Positions 56,690-57,625 of a DNA stretch of 57,625 nucleotides are shown in pieces. Within the stretch, counting starts at the first letter, position 1. Each line of letters opens with the position of its first letter. This DNA is from Minisyncoccota bacterium (GTDB taxonomy: Bacteria; Patescibacteriota; Minisyncoccia; Phycocordibacterales; GWA1-40-21). The stretch spans positions 1 to 57,625 of the forward strand of contig JBAZYH010000005.1 in the NCBI GenBank assembly GCA_041659365.1, in the 5' to 3' direction. The notes beneath the pieces were generated by a model, which worked only from the letters and a program-made list of their open reading frames with translations, was not told the DNA's origin and did not search any database. A program made the translations under genes and the position numbers.

Positions 56690-57625
<936 letters not shown>

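Overview
AT-rich, gene-dense bacterial chromosome segment, coded almost entirely on the minus strand up to about 28.8 kb. The small proteins, very divergent partial 16S rRNA and dense intergenic hairpin repeats suggest a Candidate Phyla Radiation / Patescibacteria (Parcubacteria-like) genome; this placement is inference, since no search was run. Core genes recognised from motifs are lepA, trmD, a KH-domain protein, rpsP, rnr (frame-disrupted), smc (no hinge), obg, gpmI, eno, secA, murB, rsmI, murC and murD. There is one tRNA-Ile(GAT) and the 3' ~935 nt of a 16S rRNA gene that runs off the right edge. A ~19 kb surface-glycan island (26.6-45.6 kb) holds an O-antigen-ligase-like/TPR protein, a Wzx flippase, a CDP-3,6-dideoxyhexose pathway (rfbF, rfbG, rfbH, an epimerase-like and a reductase-like gene), about six glycosyltransferases and three methyltransferases. 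Accessory content includes an IS200/IS605-type Y1 transposase element, a PIF1-like helicase, a TraD/VirD4-like ATPase and several orphan genes. The most unusual signals are non-coding: (1) at least three families of short hairpin repeats at very high density; (2) two gene cassettes bracketed by perfect 25-26 bp inverted repeats of one motif family; (3) a duplicated lepA 5' end differing only at synonymous sites; (4) a shared inverted-repeat leader in front of two neighbouring genes; (5) a 16S 3' tail with no CCUCC anti-Shine-Dalgarno, matched by SD-less core genes, while seven orphan genes carry an AAAGGRR motif; (6) a tRNA-Ile flanked by partial copies of itself. All coordinates, motifs and alignments were read by eye and no database search was run.
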